DNA of 64,000 nucleotides from a virus (taxonomy: Duplodnaviria; Heunggongvirae; Uroviricota; Caudoviricetes): positions 64,001-128,000 of IMG/VR virus record IMGVR_UViG_3300021963_000025; one strand, given 5' to 3'. This document shows, in pieces, positions 52,844 through 62,675 of this stretch. Positions within the stretch are counted from its first letter, which is position 1, and every line of letters starts with the position of its first letter. The notes under the pieces were generated by a model that was not told the DNA's origin, made no database searches, and saw nothing but the letters and a program-made list of their open reading frames with translations. Position numbers and translations under genes: made by a program.

Positions 52844-54964
52844 ATGGCATCAATCAATAATCATATTCTTACAATAACAGAACCGACTATTAAGTTAGAT
52901 GAGGTTGTTTTTGAATCGTTTGGCGAAGGTGAAGGAGATGCAACTAAAGCAAATACCAGCAAGGGCTATCTATTAATGGTTTCCATCAATGGGTATGTTT
53001 TTAGTGATAAAGATGTTTTAAAAATGACATTGGATTGTAATGGTCCTCTTCCGACAATAGACCTTACTCTTTCCGATAATCAAGGACTATTTACAATTGA
53101 TACCTTTCCTAGAGATGGAGATGTTATTAATTTTAGAATGGGTACGCTAGACAAGAACTCATATAAAGATATTCGAATTGATTTCGATATTACAACAGCT
53201 GACCAACCTAAACAAAACTCAAATGTTAAAGGAGGAAAGTATAACTTTTCGGGTAGAATAAAAGTTCCAGGTTTATACGCAGATGAATGTAAATCTTATG
53301 GGACTGGTACTTCATTAGACCATATTGAATCAATTGCAAATGATTTAAAACTTGGAGTTGCAACCAATATTGATTCTGCTGATGATAAGATGAATCTGAT
53401 CCTACCTTATAATAGTAGATTTGATACATTGGAAGATTTGGTAAGACACTCGTACATTGATGAGGATAGTTTCCAAGTATATTGTATTGACCAATTCTAT
53501 TATGTTAACTATGTTAATTTGAACACACTATTAGAATCAGAAGAATCTATTGAGGAAGTTATTGCTGCTTATGAGCAAGAACTTAATGATATGCCTGGAA
53601 ATGGATCAGACGATTCAGCGAATCAAACCAAAAAACCACTTATATTAACTAACCATAAGAGGGATGCAGGTACAAACCTATTTATTGAAGCACAGTCTCT
53701 AGCAAATAGCGCTGGAAATAAAACCAAAAAGAATGGTTATAAAAGAACCCTTCAATTTTTTGAAAATGATTCTGATGAGGGACTGGTAAGTCATGACATT
53801 GAACCACTTGCAAGTAAAAAAATGTCAGATATCGAAGAACCTATGAAGGGTCGAAGAGATGAAGACCGATATAAAGGTGAAACTAAAACAAAGTATACTG
53901 GTAGAAAAAACTCAGATCCAGAAACTTCACATACTCATCTAAATTATGAATATGCTGCGATAAGTAATGCACAAAACTTAGACGAGGTTAAAAAAATGTC
54001 GTTAGAAGTTTCATTGGCATCTTTTAATCCCGCAATCCACTTGTACCAAAAATTACCGGTTGCAATTTATACAAATCAACAAGATAAATTAGGTGCGGAT
54101 AAAGTAATTAAAGATGCTAAAAAAGAAAAGGGATTCGAAACTACAGTAGAAGAGGATTCATCAACTGTTGAACCTGGTAAATTTGTACTTGATGAATTTT
54201 TATCAGCGTATTATGTAGTTGGAGGTATTGAATATACCTTCAAAGCAGGGGATTCTTCTGTTAAACAAAAATTAAAATTGTTACGAAGAGAATGGCCAAG
54301 TAGAATTAATAACATTAATCCAGAGACTGTTGCGGCTCAACCAACACCTGCAACTGCTCCTCCTACTCCGCCACCTACTCCGGAACCAGTTGAACCACCA
54401 CCGCCGCCAGAACCACCAGCAAAACCAGAGTATACTGTTAGCGGTAAAATAGAAAGTAAAATCAAAAATTGGACGGCAAGCGTGGTACAAGGAGAATGGA
54501 AAGTTACACCAGAAGGTTCTCCAGCGCCTACTAAAATCAATATTGAATTTAAAGACACAAAAACTAGTGCATACAATCTACAACCTGCTCAAGTTGCGGC
54601 AGACGGTAAATGGACTCTAAATATTGCGAAAGAACAAATACCAGTTGGAAGATATAGTGTAACTGCTAAATTAGAAGGCCCTGGAGGAGAAACAGCAGAA
54701 GGTACTTTAGGAAATACTTCAGTTGTTAAATGGACACCAGATAGTGTTATAAGCGGACCTGATGTTATTAGACTTGGAAATGTATTCTTTAGAAATGAAG
54801 TTAAAAATGGAAAAGAGCCAGACACATTCGTTGGAACGTACACTAAGAAAGGTGAAGCAACCGATAATGGAAATACTTCTCCAATGTCTGGAAAAGTAGA
54901 AGGAACTAGTTCACAACAAGTAATTTCAGACACCCAAGCCGCTATGAGGTCAGAAATGTCGTAA
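52844..54964 (+). CDS. Baseplate hub protein (gp27/gp44-like) with a Pro-rich linker and C-terminal extension
   Basis: Lies between the LysM and spike genes; SGYYVVGGIEY-like C-terminal barrel (AYYVVGGIEY); PPTPPPTPEP linker. Confidence 0.6.
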   Translation: MASINNHILTITEPTIKLDEVVFESFGEGEGDATKANTSKGYLLMVSINGYVFSDKDVLKMTLDCNGPLPTIDLTLSDNQGLFTIDTFPRDGDVINFRMGTLDKNSYKDIRIDFDITTADQPKQNSNVKGGKYNFSGRIKVPGLYADECKSYGTGTSLDHIESIANDLKLGVATNIDSADDKMNLILPYNSRFDTLEDLVRHSYIDEDSFQVYCIDQFYYVNYVNLNTLLESEESIEEVIAAYEQELNDMPGNGSDDSANQTKKPLILTNHKRDAGTNLFIEAQSLANSAGNKTKKNGYKRTLQFFENDSDEGLVSHDIEPLASKKMSDIEEPMKGRRDEDRYKGETKTKYTGRKNSDPETSHTHLNYEYAAISNAQNLDEVKKMSLEVSLASFNPAIHLYQKLPVAIYTNQQDKLGADKVIKDAKKEKGFETTVEEDSSTVEPGKFVLDEFLSAYYVVGGIEYTFKAGDSSVKQKLKLLRREWPSRINNINPETVAAQPTPATAPPTPPPTPEPVEPPPPPEPPAKPEYTVSGKIESKIKNWTASVVQGEWKVTPEGSPAPTKINIEFKDTKTSAYNLQPAQVAADGKWTLNIAKEQIPVGRYSVTAKLEGPGGETAEGTLGNTSVVKWTPDSVISGPDVIRLGNVFFRNEVKNGKEPDTFVGTYTKKGEATDNGNTSPMSGKVEGTSSQQVISDTQAAMRSEMS

Positions 54965-54984
54965 TAAATAAAGATAAATAGTAT

Positions 54985-56190
54985 ATGTCAGATTTTAAAA
55001 CACCCATGGATTTTAGAAAGGGTTCCTATAGGAAATATCCTTACCAAGATCCAACATACCTTTCTTTTGCTCTATTATTCGATTTTTTTGATATAGAGAG
55101 TTCACCTCTTCTTGCAGGAGGTGCTGAGGCATTTTTAAAACCATTGGCAGAACAGGACTCTTTTTATGCAGAACGACTTAATGACTTACAGAATTTTATA
55201 AAAACATTAAAGGAAATTAATCAAGAATTGCCATGGTTTTGGCAATCATTAAAGGGACTTGAAAGATTACAACAATACAACCCTGAAAATGCGTACATGG
55301 GAGGTGATGATGCAAAATTAGAAATTGAAACCTTAGAATCTTTGAATCTTACAATTTCAGGTTTAATGCACTTATACAGAAGAGCAATATTCGACGAGAG
55401 AAAATGGACCTATATTATTCCTGCCAATCTAAGACTTTTTAGAATGTGGGTATATGTTACTGAAGTACGTTCAATTGCAATTGTAGAAAATGTAAAGGTT
55501 AATGGTATACCTAAAAAAATAGACAAAAATGCAATTAAAGGATTTCCTGATAACTTTAAGCCATCTCTTGATGTTGAAAACAAAAATGCAGGAATTTCTG
55601 GAACCGAAGGTCGACCTTACTTTTTAGTAGGAGCAAAATATTGCGAGTTTGATTTATCCTCAGGTACCACTGTTTTTGCTGATCTTAATAAAAACCCTGA
55701 AATGGCAAAAGAAGCCCTTACTATAAAATATCAAAAAATAGAAAAGGTTGAAGCAAGAGTATTGAATGGAATTATTACGCAAAGTTATGCTGAAGCTCAA
55801 TTGTCTCCAGCGCCAGATCAAGAAATGCTTGCAAATGAAAGTAAAACTCCTGCCCAGTTTGCTAAAGATAAAATTAAAGGTAGAATTGATAAGTTTGCGG
55901 AAAAAGCAAAAGAAGACCTTAAAGCCCTTGCAGATTCTAAGAAAAAAGAATTATTGCAAAAATTAAAGGATGAAACAATAAATAGAGTTCCAACATTTGA
56001 AAATGTATTTTCAAACATTATGAGAAGAGCAGATCAAAATTCTACTGCTGCCCTAAATGATGTGGTTGCTGGAAGAAACATAGGAGCTGCAATTCAAGCT
56101 AACGTTTATGGAATCCTACCAGGTACTACAATAGGACAAGGACTAAATAAAGCGGCAATTAATAACTTAGGTAACGTTTATACTAAATAA
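54985..56190 (+). CDS. Tail tube-like/baseplate protein
   Basis: QDPTYLSF, LESLNLTISGLMHLYR tube-like segments; GATAAATA at 54973. Confidence 0.5.
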   Translation: MSDFKTPMDFRKGSYRKYPYQDPTYLSFALLFDFFDIESSPLLAGGAEAFLKPLAEQDSFYAERLNDLQNFIKTLKEINQELPWFWQSLKGLERLQQYNPENAYMGGDDAKLEIETLESLNLTISGLMHLYRRAIFDERKWTYIIPANLRLFRMWVYVTEVRSIAIVENVKVNGIPKKIDKNAIKGFPDNFKPSLDVENKNAGISGTEGRPYFLVGAKYCEFDLSSGTTVFADLNKNPEMAKEALTIKYQKIEKVEARVLNGIITQSYAEAQLSPAPDQEMLANESKTPAQFAKDKIKGRIDKFAEKAKEDLKALADSKKKELLQKLKDETINRVPTFENVFSNIMRRADQNSTAALNDVVAGRNIGAAIQANVYGILPGTTIGQGLNKAAINNLGNVYTK

Positions 56191-56909
56191 TGGCTACAGA
56201 TACTGAATTAGAAAAGGATAATCTTAGAGAAACTCACTGGCTAGGTGAGGTTGTTGATAATGCGGATCCTAAAGACTGGGGAAGATGTAGAGTTAAGGTA
56301 TTTGGAAAGTTTGATAAACTGCCAAATGATGCCATTCCATGGGCAACACCAATGAATAGAGATTTTGTTGGATCGCACCACACCCCAAATATTGGAACAA
56401 TTGTTGCCGTTCGTTTTGACAATGGAAATCTTTATCACCCTGAATATTGGTTTCAAATCAATCAAAGTAAAGCCCTTAAAGCAGACATTCTTGAAAAATC
56501 AGGAACTGCACATAATGTTGTTTCACTAGTTTATGACGAAGTAAGAAACATAAGAATCTATCATTCGCCAGAAGATGGACTTGTAATTACCCGAGGAACT
56601 GGAGCTAAAGAGAGACCATTGATTCAAATCGATGAAAAGGGATATATTAAAATTTCGACTAGTGAAAAGATATTTTTAGACTCTGGAAACGTATTCTTAA
56701 GTAACACTGGAGAGGCAAGCGAAAATGAAGATGAACCTACAGTACGTGGAGTTTCTCTAGAAAAATGGTTAAATAAATTATTGGATGACTATAAAGCACA
56801 TATCCATCCAACGCCAACTGGTCCTTCAGGACCTCCTTCACCACCGACTCCTTCGACTGTTTCAAGTCTTAAGAGCTCACATATTACATACCAGCAAAAG
56901 AATAAATAA
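56190..56909 (+). CDS. Baseplate central spike (gp5/VgrG OB-fold)
   Basis: WLGEVVDNADP..GRCRVKVFG..IPWA; C-terminal HIHPTPTGPSGPP. Confidence 0.88.
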   Translation: MATDTELEKDNLRETHWLGEVVDNADPKDWGRCRVKVFGKFDKLPNDAIPWATPMNRDFVGSHHTPNIGTIVAVRFDNGNLYHPEYWFQINQSKALKADILEKSGTAHNVVSLVYDEVRNIRIYHSPEDGLVITRGTGAKERPLIQIDEKGYIKISTSEKIFLDSGNVFLSNTGEASENEDEPTVRGVSLEKWLNKLLDDYKAHIHPTPTGPSGPPSPPTPSTVSSLKSSHITYQQKNK

Positions 56910-56940
56910 TTGGGATAAATATCCTATAAATTAAATCAAT

Positions 56941-59154
56941 ATGCCTGCACAGTGGCCAATATTCATTAATAATCTTTCCAAAAAACTGGCCAGTAGAACT
57001 TCTAAGGGTCCAGATGATATTGGCATGTTTGTTGCTAACGAATATTATAAGGCCGTAAAAACTGCTCAAACTCCATTTGGAAACATCCATAAGTCTGGAC
57101 AAAAACCAATTCTTGAAGAGGGATTTAAAAAGGCATTCAATATGCTATTCAAATCTCTTGAACCCCAATTAGAAGATAAATTTGGAAACCCACTATATGA
57201 TGATATGCTTGAAAGACTTCCTGGAGTAGATTTAAGTGTAAATCCAGACTGTGATTTTGAGGAGTGGACTATTAAAAACAAGGAAACAATAGAACCTTTT
57301 CAGTTTTATCCGCTATTTCCTACAACATGTATAATTCCAAAACCTCCAGTTGTTGAAACAAATCTCTATGGAGATATTGACATTACTTCTGAAAATATCG
57401 ACAATCAGCCAGATTTGAGATATGTCACAATGTCCGTTATTGGCGGGGATGGAACTTCTCCATACGAATTTACATATTCATTAAATGGAGAAATACAACC
57501 GGTATTGACTTCAGATAGCGCAGGAGTTGTAAGGTTTTTGGCTCCTACGGATCCTGGTAAATATGAGTATACTTTTATTAGTGCAATGGATGCTTCTAAA
57601 AAAGCAGAAATTAAAAATATAGATAGAAGTGCTTCTATTGAAATAAAAGAGGATTCAAAGGCGGTTGAAATTAAAGTCGACCCACCAAAACCACATCAAC
57701 TTGTAAAACCAATGACTGAGGCGGAACAAATCGATGAAATCGCTAATAGAGTTTACTATCAAAATGATGGAAGCGAAGAGTATTTAGATTGGGTTGAAAG
57801 ACTTCCATATCATGGTAAATTTGCAACTAAGGTAAGCAAAAAAGTTTTGGAACTTCTAGACAAAGAAACTGCAGATATAAAAAAGAGCACTGGACTTAGT
57901 GGAATACCTAAATCAAATGCAACTGGAACAGTAAGTGTTAATAGTTTTAATTATGAAGATAGAATACGATCAGCCCGTGATAGTTATCGAAAATTAAGAG
58001 AAAAGTTTGATAAGTTAAATGCAAAAGATAATAAGCCATCAATCGAAAAGCGGTATGCATGGGTTGAAGTACTTCAATCTGAAATTTTAATAGAAAGAAT
58101 CGAATTATCTTATAAAAATAATACCAATTATAGTCAAACAGCGGCTTCAACAACGGATAGAATTGAAAACCTATCTAAACAACTTGCAAAAGAATTGGAA
58201 TTAATTAACATAGAAACTATCAAAAAAAATGTTAACGAAATTAAAGAAGTTGATTCTCTTGACTACATAATGGCTAAGATTAAGTTATACCAAACTGAGT
58301 TGATAGTTGCCCGACTTGATAAAGATGAGAAAAAAATAGATACTTTAAATAGAGAGTTAACAGTGCAGTCGCTTAGAGTTCTTAAACTTAAAAATAAAAT
58401 CAAAAAAGAAGCGGCTACAAACGATAGACTTTTCCAAGAGGAATACGATGATCGACCTGATAGTTTACCAAAATTTATAACTGCGAATTTGATTTGTATA
58501 TTTTCGTATGTTGAAGGAATCGATAGTAATCAAAAAGGAGCTCCAGATAAAAATCCATTGATTGCATTAACAACGCCAACATCTACTTCTGGTTACAATA
58601 ATATTAATAGTAACTTGTTTAACAATAATAAAACTCCAGAAACTTATAAAGAATGGGGCGCTAGAACAGAACCTGCTCGTTTAAGAGCAAAGTTGCTTAG
58701 ATATGAAATTGAAAAAGTTAGATTCAGAGAACTAAAAATACGATATGTTAACAAAATAGCAGAAGATAATAAGAAAGCTGGAAATGCGTGTGGAGCTGAT
58801 GATGCATATTGTGTAATGGCAAAATGTATACTTGACTATTGGAAGTCGACTGCGGCTCAGCCATTTGCAACATCACCCCCAATATTGCCTTGTTTAATAC
58901 CAGATCCTGGAAGTTACATTCCAATATATTATGGAGATGAAGCAAAATTAGGAGGAGACTTAAGAAGAGCATGGAATTCCGGTAAAAGATTTAAACTTGA
59001 ACCAAATTTACAAACAGCTACCAGGGTAGTTGCAACTGCGGTAGCAGTTTCTTGTGCAAAACATCTTAAAGACCTTAAATTCATATACAATGGTAAAATT
59101 CCTGCCGGAACTGGAACCGCTCCAATGATAGGATTTTCTCCATTGGCCCTATAA
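56941..59154 (+). CDS. Large hypothetical protein, probably structural
   Basis: Follows the spike gene and GATAAATA (56914); central coiled coil. Confidence 0.55.
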   Translation: MPAQWPIFINNLSKKLASRTSKGPDDIGMFVANEYYKAVKTAQTPFGNIHKSGQKPILEEGFKKAFNMLFKSLEPQLEDKFGNPLYDDMLERLPGVDLSVNPDCDFEEWTIKNKETIEPFQFYPLFPTTCIIPKPPVVETNLYGDIDITSENIDNQPDLRYVTMSVIGGDGTSPYEFTYSLNGEIQPVLTSDSAGVVRFLAPTDPGKYEYTFISAMDASKKAEIKNIDRSASIEIKEDSKAVEIKVDPPKPHQLVKPMTEAEQIDEIANRVYYQNDGSEEYLDWVERLPYHGKFATKVSKKVLELLDKETADIKKSTGLSGIPKSNATGTVSVNSFNYEDRIRSARDSYRKLREKFDKLNAKDNKPSIEKRYAWVEVLQSEILIERIELSYKNNTNYSQTAASTTDRIENLSKQLAKELELINIETIKKNVNEIKEVDSLDYIMAKIKLYQTELIVARLDKDEKKIDTLNRELTVQSLRVLKLKNKIKKEAATNDRLFQEEYDDRPDSLPKFITANLICIFSYVEGIDSNQKGAPDKNPLIALTTPTSTSGYNNINSNLFNNNKTPETYKEWGARTEPARLRAKLLRYEIEKVRFRELKIRYVNKIAEDNKKAGNACGADDAYCVMAKCILDYWKSTAAQPFATSPPILPCLIPDPGSYIPIYYGDEAKLGGDLRRAWNSGKRFKLEPNLQTATRVVATAVAVSCAKHLKDLKFIYNGKIPAGTGTAPMIGFSPLAL

Positions 59155-59201
59155 AACAAATATATAACTTATAATTTATTAACCTTTTAAAAATAAAAAC
59201 A

Positions 59202-60416
59202 ATGTCACAAGACGTTTTAACAAAACAAAACGAGAATCAATCAAACGATATCTCTAACTTCGATTGGGATGCATATTCTGCAGATTGCCCATCTACTCTT
59301 AGAAAAGTAAACAAACATGTTAAAGCACCTGCTGGTGTTAAAGTCTATTCTAGAGAGCCTTATGCTCAAGAGCTTCTTAATTTAATGGAAAGTCACTGGA
59401 GCGAAAATAACCAAACGCATGAAGTACATGCCGGAGAAACCCACACTGGTAAAGTCTACGCAGTAGATATGGAATGGGCATCGATCGATATTGGATATCG
59501 TGAAATGGTATATGTTCAATTGTCAAAGGAATCTGCTATTTCAAGAGCAAAATTAATTCCTGGAACTGAAATTGCAGTTGAAATTACTGCAGAGAAAAGT
59601 AAAAGTACTAGAGGATTCTTATTAGGGTCTGTTGAAGCTGGTATTAAAGCCGCTACTTTAAGAGAAATCTTAGCGTCTGCTGAAACTGGAAATACTGCCT
59701 ATATGGGAACTGTAACAAGTATGATTCCGGGTGGAGGTTACTTTGTTAACGTACAAGGAGTTGATTGTTTCATGCCAGGATCCCTTGCTGGTATTAATAA
59801 ACTTGCAGACTTTGGTTCTGTAATTAACACTCAAATGTACGTTGTACCTATGAGTTACTCTCCTGAAAAAGGAACAGTAATTGTATCTCACCGAAAATAT
59901 CTCCAAGCCTTGATTCCAAATGCGATTGAAGACCTTAGAAATACTCCTGGAGAAACTAAAGAGGGTAACGTAACAGGTTCTACAAAATACGGAGTATTTG
60001 TTGAATTTGATAATTGTTTAACTGGAATGATTCATGCAAATGATTTAAACCCAGAAATGGCAAGAAAACATAAGGCCAGAGAAATTAACCCTGGTGATGT
60101 TATTGAGTTCAAGATTAAAGAAATAATCAGCAATGATAAAATAACATTGACTCAATTAGAGCATGTAGAAATAAATGACCCATGGGCTGATGTTGCTACT
60201 AAGTACAAAAGCTTTCCAGTTGAAGTCAAAGGTACGATAAAATCTGTTAAAGATTATGGAGTATTTGTAGATGTTGGAGATGGAATTGTTGGATTACTTC
60301 ATGTTTCAGAACTTCCTGATAATGTTAAAGTTGATTCACTTGCAAAGAACGATAACATCACAGTTCAGATCACAAGAATGGACGTGGCTAGCAGAAAGGT
60401 TTTCTTAAAACTATAA
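59202..60416 (+). CDS. rpsA: Ribosomal protein S1-like protein (about 4 S1 domains)
   Basis: GYFVNVQGVDCFMPGS, KYGVFVEF..GMIH, DYGVFVDVGDGIVGLLHVSEL. Confidence 0.88.
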   Translation: MSQDVLTKQNENQSNDISNFDWDAYSADCPSTLRKVNKHVKAPAGVKVYSREPYAQELLNLMESHWSENNQTHEVHAGETHTGKVYAVDMEWASIDIGYREMVYVQLSKESAISRAKLIPGTEIAVEITAEKSKSTRGFLLGSVEAGIKAATLREILASAETGNTAYMGTVTSMIPGGGYFVNVQGVDCFMPGSLAGINKLADFGSVINTQMYVVPMSYSPEKGTVIVSHRKYLQALIPNAIEDLRNTPGETKEGNVTGSTKYGVFVEFDNCLTGMIHANDLNPEMARKHKAREINPGDVIEFKIKEIISNDKITLTQLEHVEINDPWADVATKYKSFPVEVKGTIKSVKDYGVFVDVGDGIVGLLHVSELPDNVKVDSLAKNDNITVQITRMDVASRKVFLKL

Positions 60417-60453
60417 TTGTTAATAACTTTAACATAATTTTAACAACCCAGAT

Positions 60454-60486
60454 TTTCGGATCTGGGTTTTTTTGTTTATATTTACA
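60454..60486 (+). promoter_or_regulatory. Early promoter overlapped by a terminator (60445-60473), with a late motif at 60501
   Basis: TTTC-N19-TATATTTACA; aacccagat..atctgggtt followed by a T-tract; GATATATA. Confidence 0.78.
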
Positions 60487-60512
60487 TTATAATTAAAACA
60501 GATATATAAAGC

Positions 60513-61316
60513 ATGAACAAATTTAAAACCTTCGGACAATTCATAAACGAATCTAAACAAGACAATATTGTTAATGTTATTTTAAATTCATTGGAGCATA
60601 CAATCATTGAGATGTTAGCTGCAACTGAAAAATGGTTTGTTGAGACCTTTAAACAGGAATTCACCAAATATGACAGAGAGATGGCTAGAATCAATTTAAC
60701 CTACGATATGGTTAAATCTATTGAAATGTATACATTGCCAACCGATTCACTGTTATCAATGAACGTACGTAAGAGCGTTAAAGGAAATATTCAAATTGAT
60801 GCTCAAATCCAAAGAGGAGAAGAGACTTATAGTTTTTCTACCGAGGCTATTTATGCAGGAGGACACAATATCCAAAGACTTCACTATAGATATATTGTTA
60901 AGACAAACATTCTAAAAACTGGTGCTAGTGAAATTGCTAAAGAATACGCTGAGAAGATTAAGAAAATGTCTAAGCTTGAAAAACTTAATAAAGAAATCGA
61001 AAGTTACGAGATTAGAATTAAAAGAACCGAAGAAAAAATTGAAGTAAATTCAAAATTGAATGATGATGAAATACTAAATGTTTTAAAGTCTGGTAAAGAT
61101 TGGTATGAATGGCCAACATGGTCTGAAATCGTAGATAGAGGTGCTGCTAAAAATTATGATAATGATGAAAATATATTCAATCAAAAACAAAAAGAGCATT
61201 TAGATTTCAAGATAAAATTCTGGAAGGATATGAATGTTGATTCACAAAGAAAACACCTTGCTGATTATCAAAAAACTGTTAAAAAATTACAAGTAAAACG
61301 AGATTCTATGGTATAG
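60513..61316 (+). CDS. Leader-bearing putative virion internal protein
   Basis: MNKFKTFGQFINE-S leader. Confidence 0.65.
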   Translation: MNKFKTFGQFINESKQDNIVNVILNSLEHTIIEMLAATEKWFVETFKQEFTKYDREMARINLTYDMVKSIEMYTLPTDSLLSMNVRKSVKGNIQIDAQIQRGEETYSFSTEAIYAGGHNIQRLHYRYIVKTNILKTGASEIAKEYAEKIKKMSKLEKLNKEIESYEIRIKRTEEKIEVNSKLNDDEILNVLKSGKDWYEWPTWSEIVDRGAAKNYDNDENIFNQKQKEHLDFKIKFWKDMNVDSQRKHLADYQKTVKKLQVKRDSMV

Positions 61317-61325
61317 TTATTTTAC

Positions 61326-61362
61326 TTGGATATATACTTTAACCTAAGTTTAATATATCCAA
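61326..61362. promoter_or_regulatory. 10-bp inverted repeat with a late motif in the left arm
   Basis: ttggatatat / atatatccaa; GATATATA at 61329. Confidence 0.7.
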
Positions 61363-61367
61363 ATTGA

Positions 61368-62660
61368 ATGAACAATCTAAATGAATCTAATATTTTGCAA
61401 AATGCTCTGATAGGCGTTGAATTTGAATTTTATTCAAATTTTAGTGCTGAAGAAACTGCAAAAAAACTTGAAAAATTACTTGGCAAAAAGATTCATGTCG
61501 AGGACAAAGCACATAGTGATTTTGAAGTAACTCGCGACGAATTTAAAATAGAACCTGACATGTCAGGTGGTGCCAAACTTCTTGAATTGGTTACTGGAGC
61601 CCTTCCATATACTGCGGCTCGTTTAATGATAATTAATGTTTGTCAATGGATTCAAGAGAATGGATATACAAATGACAGGTCTTCGATTCACTTAAACCTT
61701 TCGTTTGATAAATCAAAAATTGAAAACAAATATCGTATCTCTAAAATGAACGTTCTTAAATTCATTTTAGATTTTAATGAAGAGCAAGTCTTCAAATTCT
61801 TTCCTAAAAGAGAAAACTCAGCCTACGCAAAATCTATCAAATTTGTCCTACCAAAAGAGGACACTTACTTCTTTGATGGAAAACATATCAATCAACAGAA
61901 TTTTATTTACCCAGATACAAAATATTACGGGATAAATTTCGATAAAAGACACAAAAACTATCTTGAATTCCGATACATTGGTGGAGCAGACTGGGAAAAG
62001 AAAACAACTACAATTCTTTATTTAGTTGACCGTTTCCTACTACAATTATGGAAATCAACCGAAAATACAAACTTCACGGAATTAAATGCAATTGAATTAA
62101 AAAAGATAGTTGCAGAAAATCAAAGAATAATCGACGCTAGAAAGGACTGGAAGACAATTAAAGATAATTGGAAAAATGTCAAGTTCACTGTCGATATGAA
62201 TGATGACCCTAAAGTAGTTGACCTTTACTGGAATGCTGTTAAAGAAAGAGTGATAAGACTATTTACACATGGAGACCTTAGCAAAGGACATATTAATTAC
62301 GATTCTGATGCGGGTAGGGTTCAAGTAAATGGTGGTCGTTTAGAATATTGTGTTGACCTTAGAGGATATGAATTTGTAAGTTGCTTCCTAAGAGGAGAAT
62401 TTACAGAATGTGATATTTATGGATGTGACATTAATGGTTCTGATATTCACTATTGTAATTTCTATCAATCAACGCAAATTACAAGTTCCAAAGTAGATGG
62501 TTCATATATTCACGGTACATGTACCGCAAATGATTGTTACATTTATGGTAAAGGAACGTTTAAAGGAACAATGAATGGCGGAATCTTTAGAGAGGGTTCA
62601 TTTGATAAAAAACTAGCTAGATTTAATGACGTTGAAATTGTTAAATCTAGAGGAATATAA
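61368..62660 (+). CDS. Putative amidoligase (COOH-NH2 ligase type 2) with a C-terminal beta-helix
   Basis: GVEFEF, IEPD, ELVTG, SSIHLNLS, KYYGIN, LEFRYIGG; pentapeptide-like tail. Confidence 0.7.
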   Translation: MNNLNESNILQNALIGVEFEFYSNFSAEETAKKLEKLLGKKIHVEDKAHSDFEVTRDEFKIEPDMSGGAKLLELVTGALPYTAARLMIINVCQWIQENGYTNDRSSIHLNLSFDKSKIENKYRISKMNVLKFILDFNEEQVFKFFPKRENSAYAKSIKFVLPKEDTYFFDGKHINQQNFIYPDTKYYGINFDKRHKNYLEFRYIGGADWEKKTTTILYLVDRFLLQLWKSTENTNFTELNAIELKKIVAENQRIIDARKDWKTIKDNWKNVKFTVDMNDDPKVVDLYWNAVKERVIRLFTHGDLSKGHINYDSDAGRVQVNGGRLEYCVDLRGYEFVSCFLRGEFTECDIYGCDINGSDIHYCNFYQSTQITSSKVDGSYIHGTCTANDCYIYGKGTFKGTMNGGIFREGSFDKKLARFNDVEIVKSRGI

Positions 62661-62675
62661 AAATAAAATAAAAAG

